Positions 19,300-27,662 of a stretch of 64,000 nt of DNA are shown here, piece after piece. Under the pieces are notes generated by a model that ran no database searches, was not told the origin of the DNA, and saw only the letters and a program-made list of their open reading frames with translations. A program made the translations under genes and the position numbers. The stretch's first letter is position 1; each line of letters opens with the position of its first letter. This DNA is from an uncultured Gammaproteobacteria bacterium (GTDB taxonomy: Bacteria; Patescibacteriota; Patescibacteriia; UBA9934; GWF2-40-263): positions 769 through 64,768 of the forward strand of contig CAZIDX010000004.1 in assembly GCA_964538435.1 (NCBI GenBank), read 5' to 3'.

Positions 19300-20673
19300 A
19301 TGAGCTTTCCAAAACACATCTTTAAAATGTATGACATTCGAGGGTTGGTAGATAGTGAAATTACCGATGATTTAGCGGAAAAAGTAGGTCGAGCGTATGC
19401 GAAAATGCGTCAGTCTGAGCTTTCTCCAGGAAAGCCTATGACAGTGGCTGTGGGTAGAGACATGAGAGAGAGTTCGATTCGGTATCAAAAGCAGGTTATG
19501 AGAGGTTTGGTTTTGGCTGGTGTGCGTGTGCTTGATATCGGTTTGGTGTCGACTCCAGCATTCTATTTTGGTGTGGGGCACACAGGGGCTGATGGAGGAA
19601 TCATGGTGTCAGCTTCGCATAATCCAGCTGCGTACAATGGGTTCAAGATTACACGTGAGATGGCGATCCCTGTGAGTGGCGATAGTGGGATCATGGAGAT
19701 TCGTGACATGGTGGACGCTGGGGCGTTTGATGATGCTGAGCAAGCTGGGTCGATTGAGATTGTTGAGGATATTCCAAAGCTGGCTGTAGAGGCAGAGCTT
19801 AACTATGCAGGTAAAGGTGATATCAAGAGATTCAAGATCGTGGCTGACACTGCAAACGGAATGGGAGCGCAGTACTTGGATGAGATGTTTGAGCATGTTG
19901 ATGCAGAGGTGGTGCGAATGTATTGGGATTTTGATGGGAGTTTTCCAAATCATGAGGCGGATCCTTTGAAGCCGGAGAACATCGTTGATCTTCAAAAGCG
20001 TGTTGTGGAAGAGGGGGCAGATCTTGGGATTGCGGTTGATGGGGATGGGGATCGGATTTTTTATGTAGACGAGAAAGGGAATCTTGTGAATCCAGCGATT
20101 GTGCGTGGGCTTTTGGGACAGATTGCACTTCGTGTATTTCCTGGGGCTACGATTTGTCGTGACATTCGGCCTGGGAAGATTACAACTGACATGATTTTAG
20201 AGTCTGGCGGCGTGCCATCTATTACTCGAGTTGGGCATTCGCTTATCAAAGAACAGATGCGCGAGGTTGACGCTGTTTTTGGAGGAGAGTCGTCTGGTCA
20301 TTTCTTTTATCGTTTTAATACAGGGGTGTATGAAGGGCCGGTTGTGGCTACGGTTCAGATTCTTCATGAGATCACTGCGCTTGGAAAGAAGGTCTCTGAG
20401 ATTGTTGAGCCACTTGATCGATATGTACATTCTGGGGAGATTAACTTTGTGGTGGAGGATAAGGATGCGACGGTTCAGAAAATCAAAGATGCTTTTGCTG
20501 ATGGAGAGCTTAGTGAGCTGGATGGGATCACGATTGCGTATGAGGACTTCTGGTTCAATGTGCGTGGATCCAATACTGAGCCAAAGCTGCGGCTGAATCT
20601 TGAAGCCGTAGATCAAGCGACCATGGAGGCAAAAAGAGACGAAATCATTGCACTTATTGAGCAAAAAGCCTAA
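19300..20673 (+). CDS. Phosphomannomutase/phosphoglucomutase
   Basis: YDIRG, SASHNP phosphoserine loop, DGDGDR metal loop, GESSGH. Confidence 0.95.
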   Translation: MSFPKHIFKMYDIRGLVDSEITDDLAEKVGRAYAKMRQSELSPGKPMTVAVGRDMRESSIRYQKQVMRGLVLAGVRVLDIGLVSTPAFYFGVGHTGADGGIMVSASHNPAAYNGFKITREMAIPVSGDSGIMEIRDMVDAGAFDDAEQAGSIEIVEDIPKLAVEAELNYAGKGDIKRFKIVADTANGMGAQYLDEMFEHVDAEVVRMYWDFDGSFPNHEADPLKPENIVDLQKRVVEEGADLGIAVDGDGDRIFYVDEKGNLVNPAIVRGLLGQIALRVFPGATICRDIRPGKITTDMILESGGVPSITRVGHSLIKEQMREVDAVFGGESSGHFFYRFNTGVYEGPVVATVQILHEITALGKKVSEIVEPLDRYVHSGEINFVVEDKDATVQKIKDAFADGELSELDGITIAYEDFWFNVRGSNTEPKLRLNLEAVDQATMEAKRDEIIALIEQKA

Positions 20674-20685
20674 GCTAGAGCTTGT

Positions 20686-21879
20686 ATGAATGTATCAACA
20701 GACAAAAAACAGATTGAAAAGTTATTGAATCGTGGGGTGGAGCATGTGTATCCATCAAAGGATTTTCTCGAAGCCAGACTCCTTGAAGGCAAGCAGCTTT
20801 CGATTTATCTCGGGATTGATCCAACAGGACCAGATCTTCACATTGGCCACTCGATTCAGCTTCGCAGGTTGCGGATGTTCCAGGACTTGGGGCATAAGAT
20901 CATCATGCTTGTTGGAGATTTTACTGGCATGATTGGTGATCCAACTGATAAGTCGTCAGCGCGCGTGAAGCTTACGCGGGAGCAGGTATTGAAGAATGCT
21001 GAGAATTACAAAGCACAGGCCTCAAAGATATTGGATTTTGACGGAGAGAATCCGGTTGAGGTGAAATACAACAGTGAGTGGCTTGGCAAGATGAGTTTTG
21101 AAGATGTGGTTGAGCTTGCATCGAACTTTACAGTGCAACAGATGCTGGAGCGGGATATGTTTGATAATCGCATGAAGGAAGGTAAGCCTATTTACCTTCA
21201 TGAGTTTATGTATCCGCTCATGCAGGGTCAGGACTCAGTGGCTATGGATGTTGATGGTGAGGTGGGTGGAAATGATCAAGTGTTTAACATGCTTGCTGGG
21301 CGCACGCTCATGAAGGCTGTGAGTGGAAAAGAAAAGTTTGTGGTGGCAAGTAAGCTTCTTGAAGATCCGACTGGGAAGAAGATGGGGAAGAGTGAGGGGA
21401 ATATGATTCGCCTTTGTGACGCACCAGATGAGATGTTTGGGAAGATTATGAGCTGGACTGATGGCATGATTATGCCTGGGTTTGAGATTCTTACTGATGA
21501 GGATCTTGAAGCTGCTAAGAAAGAGAGTGAAGAGAATCCTCGTGGAGCAAAGGCTCGTCTTGCTAGCCTGATTGTTGCGTACTATCACGGAGAGGAAGAG
21601 GGGAAGGCAGCGGCAGGGCGGTTTGATCAGCTTTTTAAGAAGAAAGAAATTCCAGATGAGATTGATGAGGTGAAGATTAAAGGTTCGATGTCTGTTGTTG
21701 ATGTTTTGGTTGAGACCGGGCTTGTGAAATCTAAGTCAGAGGCTCGACGGACGATTGATGGAAAGGGTGTGAAGGTTGATGGGGAGGTGGTTGAAGGGTA
21801 TGAGCTTGAGATCGAGCCAACAGTAGATGGTGTTCTTATTCAAAAAGGAAAGCGGCACTTTGTGCGGGTGAAGGCTTGA
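20686..21879 (+). CDS. tyrS: Tyrosine--tRNA ligase
   Basis: GIDPTGPDLHIGH, KMGKS, C-terminal S4 domain. Confidence 0.97.
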   Translation: MNVSTDKKQIEKLLNRGVEHVYPSKDFLEARLLEGKQLSIYLGIDPTGPDLHIGHSIQLRRLRMFQDLGHKIIMLVGDFTGMIGDPTDKSSARVKLTREQVLKNAENYKAQASKILDFDGENPVEVKYNSEWLGKMSFEDVVELASNFTVQQMLERDMFDNRMKEGKPIYLHEFMYPLMQGQDSVAMDVDGEVGGNDQVFNMLAGRTLMKAVSGKEKFVVASKLLEDPTGKKMGKSEGNMIRLCDAPDEMFGKIMSWTDGMIMPGFEILTDEDLEAAKKESEENPRGAKARLASLIVAYYHGEEEGKAAAGRFDQLFKKKEIPDEIDEVKIKGSMSVVDVLVETGLVKSKSEARRTIDGKGVKVDGEVVEGYELEIEPTVDGVLIQKGKRHFVRVKA

Positions 21880-21906
21880 CAAAATTGATAAAAACTGGTA
21901 AAACGT

Positions 21907-22007
21907 GGGTATCTTGAATGTGGAACACGGTGTGAATCCGTGACTGTCTCTCTGCAACGGTATAACCCCCCAACCCATTAAGTCCGATCTTCATCCAAGT
22001 GCACCCC
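21907..22007 (+). ncRNA. Cobalamin-riboswitch-like (short variant) RNA
   Basis: GGAA-CACGG-TGTGAAT-CCGTG-ACTGTC...GCAACGGTA...AAGTCCGA matches the Cbl aptamer core (T-loop hairpin plus B12-box-like segment); promoter TTGACA(21876)-17-TAAAAC upstream. Confidence 0.6.
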
Positions 22008-22036
22008 AAAAATCGCCTCAGAGAGGGCGGTTTTTA
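22008..22036 (+). terminator. Intrinsic terminator after the Cbl-like RNA
   Basis: aaaaatcgcctc-aga-gagggcggttttt. Confidence 0.7.
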
Positions 22037-22060
22037 CTTTGAACGTTTTTTTGTGATGGT

Positions 22061-22158
22061 TGTGAGTTTGCTGCATGAGAACAGCGCGAGGCGGAGCCGG
22101 GCCGTCTCGCAGGATAGACGACCACCACCTCGCACTGTTCTCATGCAGCAAACTCACA
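22061..22158. repeat. Hairpin repeat family 2, copy A
   Basis: 31-bp inverted arms (1 mismatch) around a 42-nt core shared with 37305-37346. Confidence 0.85.
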
Positions 22159-22238
22159 TGGTGATTGACGTTCTCTGTGGTTTGGGGTGGGTGTTGTCTT
22201 GCTAAATATGTTTGAAAACGTTATCATTTAGCTGATTT

Positions 22239-23354
22239 ATGGGAACAATTATACTTTTCATCCTTGTCTTGTCCCTCCTTGTTTTTGTGCATGAACTGGG
22301 GCATTTTTTCATGGCTCGGCGCATGGGAATGCGTGTTGAAGAATTTGGATTTGGATTTCCACCGAAAATTTTTGGTGTGAGGCGCGGAGCAACAGAATAC
22401 ACAGTGAATTGGATCCCGCTTGGTGGGTTTGTGAGGATCAAAGGTGAGTCTGGGGATCACAAGTTCGACAGTGACAGTTTTGCTTCAAAAAGTGCTTTGC
22501 AAAGGTTTGTTGTTTTGATTGCGGGAGTGGCTATGAACATTGCTCTTGCTGGAGTGCTTTTTTCAATCGGTTTCATGATTGGCTTACCGAGCGTGATTGA
22601 TGACACATTGTCTGCGAATGCTGTTGTAAGCGATGAGAACATTATGGTCATGAGTGTTCTTGAAGGCTCTCCTGCTGAGGAGGTTGGCATGACACCTGGT
22701 GATGAGCTTGTCTCGATTGATAATCGTGTTTTTGAAAATGATGCTCAAGTTTTTGAGTACATCACAGAGGATGCAGGTGAGAGTCTGAGTGTTGTTGTTG
22801 AGAAGGTTGATGAAGTAAAGATGACGTATGAGCTTAGCCCTGCATTTATTGAAGAGCTTGATAGAGAGGCTTTGGGAGTTGGGTTTGTTTCGACTGGGAC
22901 GGTTGCTTATCCTTTTTTCTCAGCCATTGGACATGGAATTACAACCACGGGATTGATAACATGGGAGGTGATTAAAGCGTTTTATGAGATTATTCGGAAC
23001 TTGATTGTGACGCAGGAGGTTGGCATTGAGATTTCTGGACCTGTTGGGATCGCTGTGATGACAGGGGAGGTTGCAGCGCTTGGCCTTGTGTATCTCATTC
23101 AGTTCACAGCCATTCTTTCAATCAACCTAGCGATCATTAATGCGTTTCCGTTCCCAGCGCTGGATGGAGGAAGGATCTTGTTCTTGTTTGTTGAGAAGAT
23201 TAGAGGGAAGGCGCTTGATGATCGTATCGAGAACGTGATTCACAATTCGGGGTTTCTTCTATTGATGCTACTCGTTGTTTTGGTGACTTACAGAGACTTC
23301 CTTACTTTTTCTGATCAAATTTTAGGCGCTATTAAAGGCGTAATTGGAGTGTAA
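22239..23354 (+). CDS. rseP: RIP metalloprotease RseP (M50 plus PDZ)
   Basis: HELGH, IPLGGFV, PDZ-like segment, NAFPFPALDGG. Confidence 0.93.
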   Translation: MGTIILFILVLSLLVFVHELGHFFMARRMGMRVEEFGFGFPPKIFGVRRGATEYTVNWIPLGGFVRIKGESGDHKFDSDSFASKSALQRFVVLIAGVAMNIALAGVLFSIGFMIGLPSVIDDTLSANAVVSDENIMVMSVLEGSPAEEVGMTPGDELVSIDNRVFENDAQVFEYITEDAGESLSVVVEKVDEVKMTYELSPAFIEELDREALGVGFVSTGTVAYPFFSAIGHGITTTGLITWEVIKAFYEIIRNLIVTQEVGIEISGPVGIAVMTGEVAALGLVYLIQFTAILSINLAIINAFPFPALDGGRILFLFVEKIRGKALDDRIENVIHNSGFLLLMLLVVLVTYRDFLTFSDQILGAIKGVIGV

Positions 23355-23355
23355 T

Positions 23356-24387
23356 ATGAAAAATGATTTAGAGAGATTAAAAGATGAGTTTTTGGAGCTC
23401 GTAGATAAGGTTGCAGACAGAGCTCAGCTTGATGAGCTTAAAAATGAGTTTTTGGGACGCAAAGGAAAACTTAAGGGTCTTATGCGAGACATGGCTTCAC
23501 TTGCTGATGAAGAGCGTCGAGCGATTGGGAAGTTTGCAAACGAAGTGAAGGATGCGATTGAAGCGGTGTACACAGAAAAAGATACTGGTCTTAAAAAACA
23601 GGAGCGAAGCAGTGCCATGGAAAAAGAGTGGGTTGATATGACCCAGCCTTCGCTTAAGAAAAAGTCACAGGGCGCGCTTCATCCCGTAACTCAAGTGCAG
23701 CAGGATCTTGAGGATTTGTTTTCCTCAATGGGATTTGTGGTAGCAGACGGTCCTGAGCTTGAGAGTGATTTTTATAACTTTACTGCACTAAATATCCCTC
23801 CAACACATCCTGCGCGAGACATGCAGGACACGTTTTACATTAAGGGGCAGGATAATGTTGTGATGCGTACGCACACATCTCCTGTGCAAGTGCGCAGCAT
23901 GCGCAAGTGGGGAGTTCCACTTCGCGTGATTAGTCCTGGTAGGTGCTTTCGCAATGAAGCTACAGATGTTCGTCACGAGCACACGTTCCACCAGCTTGAA
24001 GGACTTGTAGTTGATAAGGGAATTACCATGGGTGATATGAAGGGTGTTCTTGAGGTGGTGGCCAAGCACTTGTATGGAGAGGAGACTGAGATTCGTCTTA
24101 GACCAAAGTTTTATCCGTTTGTGGAGCCTGGTGTGAATGGTGAAGTGACATGTTTCTTGTGTAAGGGGGAAGGTTGTCGGCTTTGCAAAAAAACAGGTTG
24201 GCTTGAGGTGTTTGGTGCCGGAATGGTTCATCCAAATGTTTTAAAAGAGGGCGGAATTGATCCAGAGAACTATTCTGGGTTTGCCTTTGGCTTTGGGCTT
24301 ACACGGCTTGTGATGCTCAAGTATGGCATTGATGATATTCGTCATCTTGAAAGTGGTGACCTTCGATTCTTAAAGCAGTTTTCATAG
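23356..24387 (+). CDS. pheS: Phenylalanine--tRNA ligase alpha subunit
   Basis: HPARDMQDTF, RTHTSPVQ, FHQLEG, GFAFGFG. Confidence 0.97.
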   Translation: MKNDLERLKDEFLELVDKVADRAQLDELKNEFLGRKGKLKGLMRDMASLADEERRAIGKFANEVKDAIEAVYTEKDTGLKKQERSSAMEKEWVDMTQPSLKKKSQGALHPVTQVQQDLEDLFSSMGFVVADGPELESDFYNFTALNIPPTHPARDMQDTFYIKGQDNVVMRTHTSPVQVRSMRKWGVPLRVISPGRCFRNEATDVRHEHTFHQLEGLVVDKGITMGDMKGVLEVVAKHLYGEETEIRLRPKFYPFVEPGVNGEVTCFLCKGEGCRLCKKTGWLEVFGAGMVHPNVLKEGGIDPENYSGFAFGFGLTRLVMLKYGIDDIRHLESGDLRFLKQFS

Positions 24388-24388
24388 T

Positions 24389-26821
24389 ATGCTGATATCA
24401 AAAAAATGGCTTGAGACCTTTGTTGAGATTCCAAAAGATTTGTCTGATGAGGATCTTGCAAAGAAGATCTCGCTTTCAACTGTTGAGGTTGAGGAGACAA
24501 TCGATCAAGCGCAATGCTTTGAGAATATTGTTACTGGTCAAATCACGAGCGTTGAAAAGCATCCAAATGCCGACAAGCTTCGGCTTTGTCAGGTTGATGT
24601 TGGAAAAAAGAACGTGCAGGTTGTGTGTGGTGGAGCTAATGTTGCAGAGGGAATGAATGTGGCCATGGCACTTGTTGGTTCAAAAGTGCGTTGGCATGGA
24701 GAGGGTGATTTGGTTGAGCTTAAGAAAACCAAGATTCGAGGAGAGGAGAGTGAAGGGATGATCTGTGCAAGTGCTGAGATTGGTCTTGTGCAAACAGAAG
24801 GCGATGATGAGATTCGGGATTTGGGGGATGTTGAGGCTCCGCTAGGAACACATTTGGCTGAAGCGCTTGGGATCAATGATGTTGTGTACGACATTGAGCA
24901 TAAGTCGCTTACGAATCGACCTGATCTCATGGGGCATTATGGAATGGCTCGAGAGGTTGCTGCACTTGTACAAAAAGATTTGAAGGCGTTTGAGCTAAAA
25001 GAGATTGTTCAAGGGAAGGGGGTTGCACTTGATGTCTCAGTGAAGGATGCGGCTGCTTGTCCTCGATACATGGCTGTTGCAATGGATGGGGTCAAGATCG
25101 AGTCTTCACCTGAATGGATGCAGCGCAGGCTTGAGGCTTGCGGTGTGCGACCGATTAATAATGTTGTTGATGTTACAAATTTTGTTTTGCTCGAGCTTGG
25201 GCAGCCAATGCATGCGTTTGATGCAGATGATCTTGGAGGAGATAAGGTGAAGATTGTTGTGCGCAGCGCAAAGAAGGGGGAGGAGATTGTCGCGCTCGAT
25301 GAGGAAACATACAAGCTTTATGGAGAAGACCTTCTTATTACAGATGGAAAGCGTGCGCTTGCGATTGCTGGTGTGATGGGGGGAGAAGGAAGTGGTGTAA
25401 CAGAGAAGACGACTCGTGTTGTGTTTGAGTCTGCGAATTTTGATCCAGTTGCAATTCGAAAAACATCCACAAAACTTGGGCTTCGCAGTGAGTCGTCTGC
25501 TCGTTTTGAAAAGTCGCTTGATCCACGCATGTGTAATCTGGCTCTTTGTCGTGCGGCTCAGCTCATGCAAGAGCTCTGTCCTGAGGCAAAGGTTTGCTCT
25601 GAGGTTGTTGATGTGAAGAAGGATCTTCCAAAGCCGCTTGAACTTACATTTACTGTTGATCAGGTTAATGCCTGTCTTGGTGCAGAGATTGGTGTGAAGG
25701 AGATGACTCAAATTCTTGAAAGGCTTGGGTTTGAGGTTGCAGAAAAGAAAGAAGAGCTTAAAGTGATCGTTCCAAGCTGGCGAGCAACAAAGGATGTTGA
25801 GATTAAGGAAGATGTGTTTGAGGAGATTGCTCGGATTTATGGATACGAGCGCATTGAGTCTACGCTTCCGACATTTGAAACAGAGCCTCCTTTTGTTGAT
25901 TCTGTGCGCATGCTTTCACGCACTGCACGTCAGGCTTTGGCTGTTGGTTGCGGAGGGGTGGAGACGTATCAATATGCGTTTGTGCGACCTGAGACATTGG
26001 TAGCGCTGGGGGAAACAGCAAAGGATCATATTGAGCTTGCAAATCCGCTTGCGGCTGATCGTCCGTATCTTGTTCGTTCTCTTGTTCCGAATTTGCTTGA
26101 GGTGGTGGTGCGCAATCAGCGCACAACAGATGAGGTGCGTGTGTTCCAGGTTGAGCGCGTGTTCCGTAAAGATGAGAAAGGGCTTGAGATGGGAGAGGGG
26201 AAGAGTCTTTTGCCAAATCAGCCTCATATGGTTTGCGCTGTGTATTCATGTAAGTGCACAGAAGAGCCGGTTTGGGAGGTAAAGGCCATGCTTGATAACA
26301 CACTTCGTTCGCTTGGGTTTAAGTATGAGCTGAAGACTTCAAAGAAAGTGGCTGATTGGCAGCATCCGCTTCGCGCAGCTGAGGTTGTTGTGTGTGACAC
26401 GGTGATTGGTGCTCTTGGTGAGATTGCACCTGAGAATTCAGAGAATTTAGGGCTTGATCATCGTGCAGCATTTTTTGAGCTTAATTTGGATGTGCTTGCA
26501 GGGCTTGATTCAGATGTGTGTGAGTACAAGACGGTTTCTGTGCATCCACACTCTGATCGAGACTTGGCGTTTGTTGTGGCAGAGCGTGCTCAGTACGGTC
26601 TTATTGAGAGTGCACTTGTGGGTGCGAGCTCACTTCTTGAGTCTGTGAAGCTTTTTGATGTGTATCGAGGAGATGGGGTTGAGGAAGAAAAGAAGTCTAT
26701 GGCAGTCCGCCTGCGCTTCCGTTCTAGTGAGAAGACGCTTGCTTCCGAGGAGGTGGATGCAGAGCTTGAGAAGATTCGGGGTGTGCTTGAGAAGGAATTT
26801 GATGCTACAATGAGATCGTAG
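24389..26821 (+). CDS. pheT: Phenylalanine--tRNA ligase beta subunit
   Basis: HPNADKL tRNA-binding OB fold, NRPDL, B3/4, B5 and FDX-ACB (LFDVYRG) domains. Confidence 0.97.
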   Translation: MLISKKWLETFVEIPKDLSDEDLAKKISLSTVEVEETIDQAQCFENIVTGQITSVEKHPNADKLRLCQVDVGKKNVQVVCGGANVAEGMNVAMALVGSKVRWHGEGDLVELKKTKIRGEESEGMICASAEIGLVQTEGDDEIRDLGDVEAPLGTHLAEALGINDVVYDIEHKSLTNRPDLMGHYGMAREVAALVQKDLKAFELKEIVQGKGVALDVSVKDAAACPRYMAVAMDGVKIESSPEWMQRRLEACGVRPINNVVDVTNFVLLELGQPMHAFDADDLGGDKVKIVVRSAKKGEEIVALDEETYKLYGEDLLITDGKRALAIAGVMGGEGSGVTEKTTRVVFESANFDPVAIRKTSTKLGLRSESSARFEKSLDPRMCNLALCRAAQLMQELCPEAKVCSEVVDVKKDLPKPLELTFTVDQVNACLGAEIGVKEMTQILERLGFEVAEKKEELKVIVPSWRATKDVEIKEDVFEEIARIYGYERIESTLPTFETEPPFVDSVRMLSRTARQALAVGCGGVETYQYAFVRPETLVALGETAKDHIELANPLAADRPYLVRSLVPNLLEVVVRNQRTTDEVRVFQVERVFRKDEKGLEMGEGKSLLPNQPHMVCAVYSCKCTEEPVWEVKAMLDNTLRSLGFKYELKTSKKVADWQHPLRAAEVVVCDTVIGALGEIAPENSENLGLDHRAAFFELNLDVLAGLDSDVCEYKTVSVHPHSDRDLAFVVAERAQYGLIESALVGASSLLESVKLFDVYRGDGVEEEKKSMAVRLRFRSSEKTLASEEVDAELEKIRGVLEKEFDATMRS

Positions 26822-26824
26822 TGT

Positions 26825-27247
26825 GGAATTGGGAATCGGGAATCGGGAATTGAGAATATTAGTTCAGGATCAGAAATAAAGTCATTTCAAGATTTGGTTG
26901 TATGGCAAGAAGGCCACAAACTTGTAGTGAAGACCTATCAAATTACAAAAGTTTTTCCACCTGAAGAGCGATACGGCTTGTCAAATCAAATGCGGAGAGC
27001 TGCTGTTTCTATCACTTCAAATATTGCGGAAGGTTTTGGGAGGTTTACATATAAAGAAAAAATTCGATTCTATTCATTGTCGCACGGATCACTGACAGAG
27101 CTGCAAAATCATTTCTTGATTTCAAAAGATGTTGGTTTTCTTCAAGAGGGGGAACTGGATGAAATTTGGAATCAAACAATTCGTGTCAAGAAATTACTTA
27201 ACGGTCTTATCAGGTCTTCAAAAATGAGAATCTAATATTCTCAATTC
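26825..27247. repeat. Heptamer-repeat inverted arms flanking the four-helix-bundle gene
   Basis: (GGAATYG)x4-AGAATAT-TAG upstream; perfect 16-bp inverted match gaattgagaatattag (26847-26862) / ctaatattctcaattc (27232-27247). Confidence 0.8.
26894..27235 (+). CDS. Four-helix-bundle protein (23S rRNA IVS / Avd-like family)
   Basis: (IKSFQD)LVVWQ, FP.EERYGL..QMRRAAVSI.SNIAEG, GSL.E; true start probably upstream of 26894. Confidence 0.9.
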   Translation: MVVWQEGHKLVVKTYQITKVFPPEERYGLSNQMRRAAVSITSNIAEGFGRFTYKEKIRFYSLSHGSLTELQNHFLISKDVGFLQEGELDEIWNQTIRVKKLLNGLIRSSKMRI

Positions 27248-27276
27248 TCATTACTATATTCCAATCTCCTTTCTAT

Positions 27277-27588
27277 ATGTTTTCACCACTTGATATTTTG
27301 TACATTGTGCTGGCGTTTTGTGCGCTGTGGCTGACGGCTGGGGTCTTTTGGCTTATCTGGCAGGTGGCTTCGATTTTCCGCACGGTTAACGATACGGTCA
27401 CCCAGGCTCAGGATACGCTTTGTAAGATTGAGGATGCGCTTGCGGGGATTAGGGCAAAGTTTGAGCATACGAGTTCTGTACTCGGTGTGGTGGTGGATGC
27501 GACCAGTCGGGTTGTGGAGCATGTTATCGACAAAAAACGTGATAAAAAGCGCAGAAAAGAAGAGGATGAAGATGTGATCGATGTTTAA
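27277..27588 (+). CDS. Small membrane-anchored coiled-coil protein
   Basis: N-terminal TM, amphipathic helix, charged tail; followed by a terminator at ~27599-27624. Confidence 0.7.
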   Translation: MFSPLDILYIVLAFCALWLTAGVFWLIWQVASIFRTVNDTVTQAQDTLCKIEDALAGIRAKFEHTSSVLGVVVDATSRVVEHVIDKKRDKKRRKEEDEDVIDV

Positions 27589-27662
27589 AAACAAAGCAAA
27601 AAAGCCCGCTGAAAAGCGGGTTTTGATATTGTCCTGAGAGGATGGTAAAGTCTGCATAACAT

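Noticed and set aside
26894-27235. Diversity-generating retroelement (Avd-like gene)
   Set aside because: No reverse transcriptase and no TR/VR pair seen in the window
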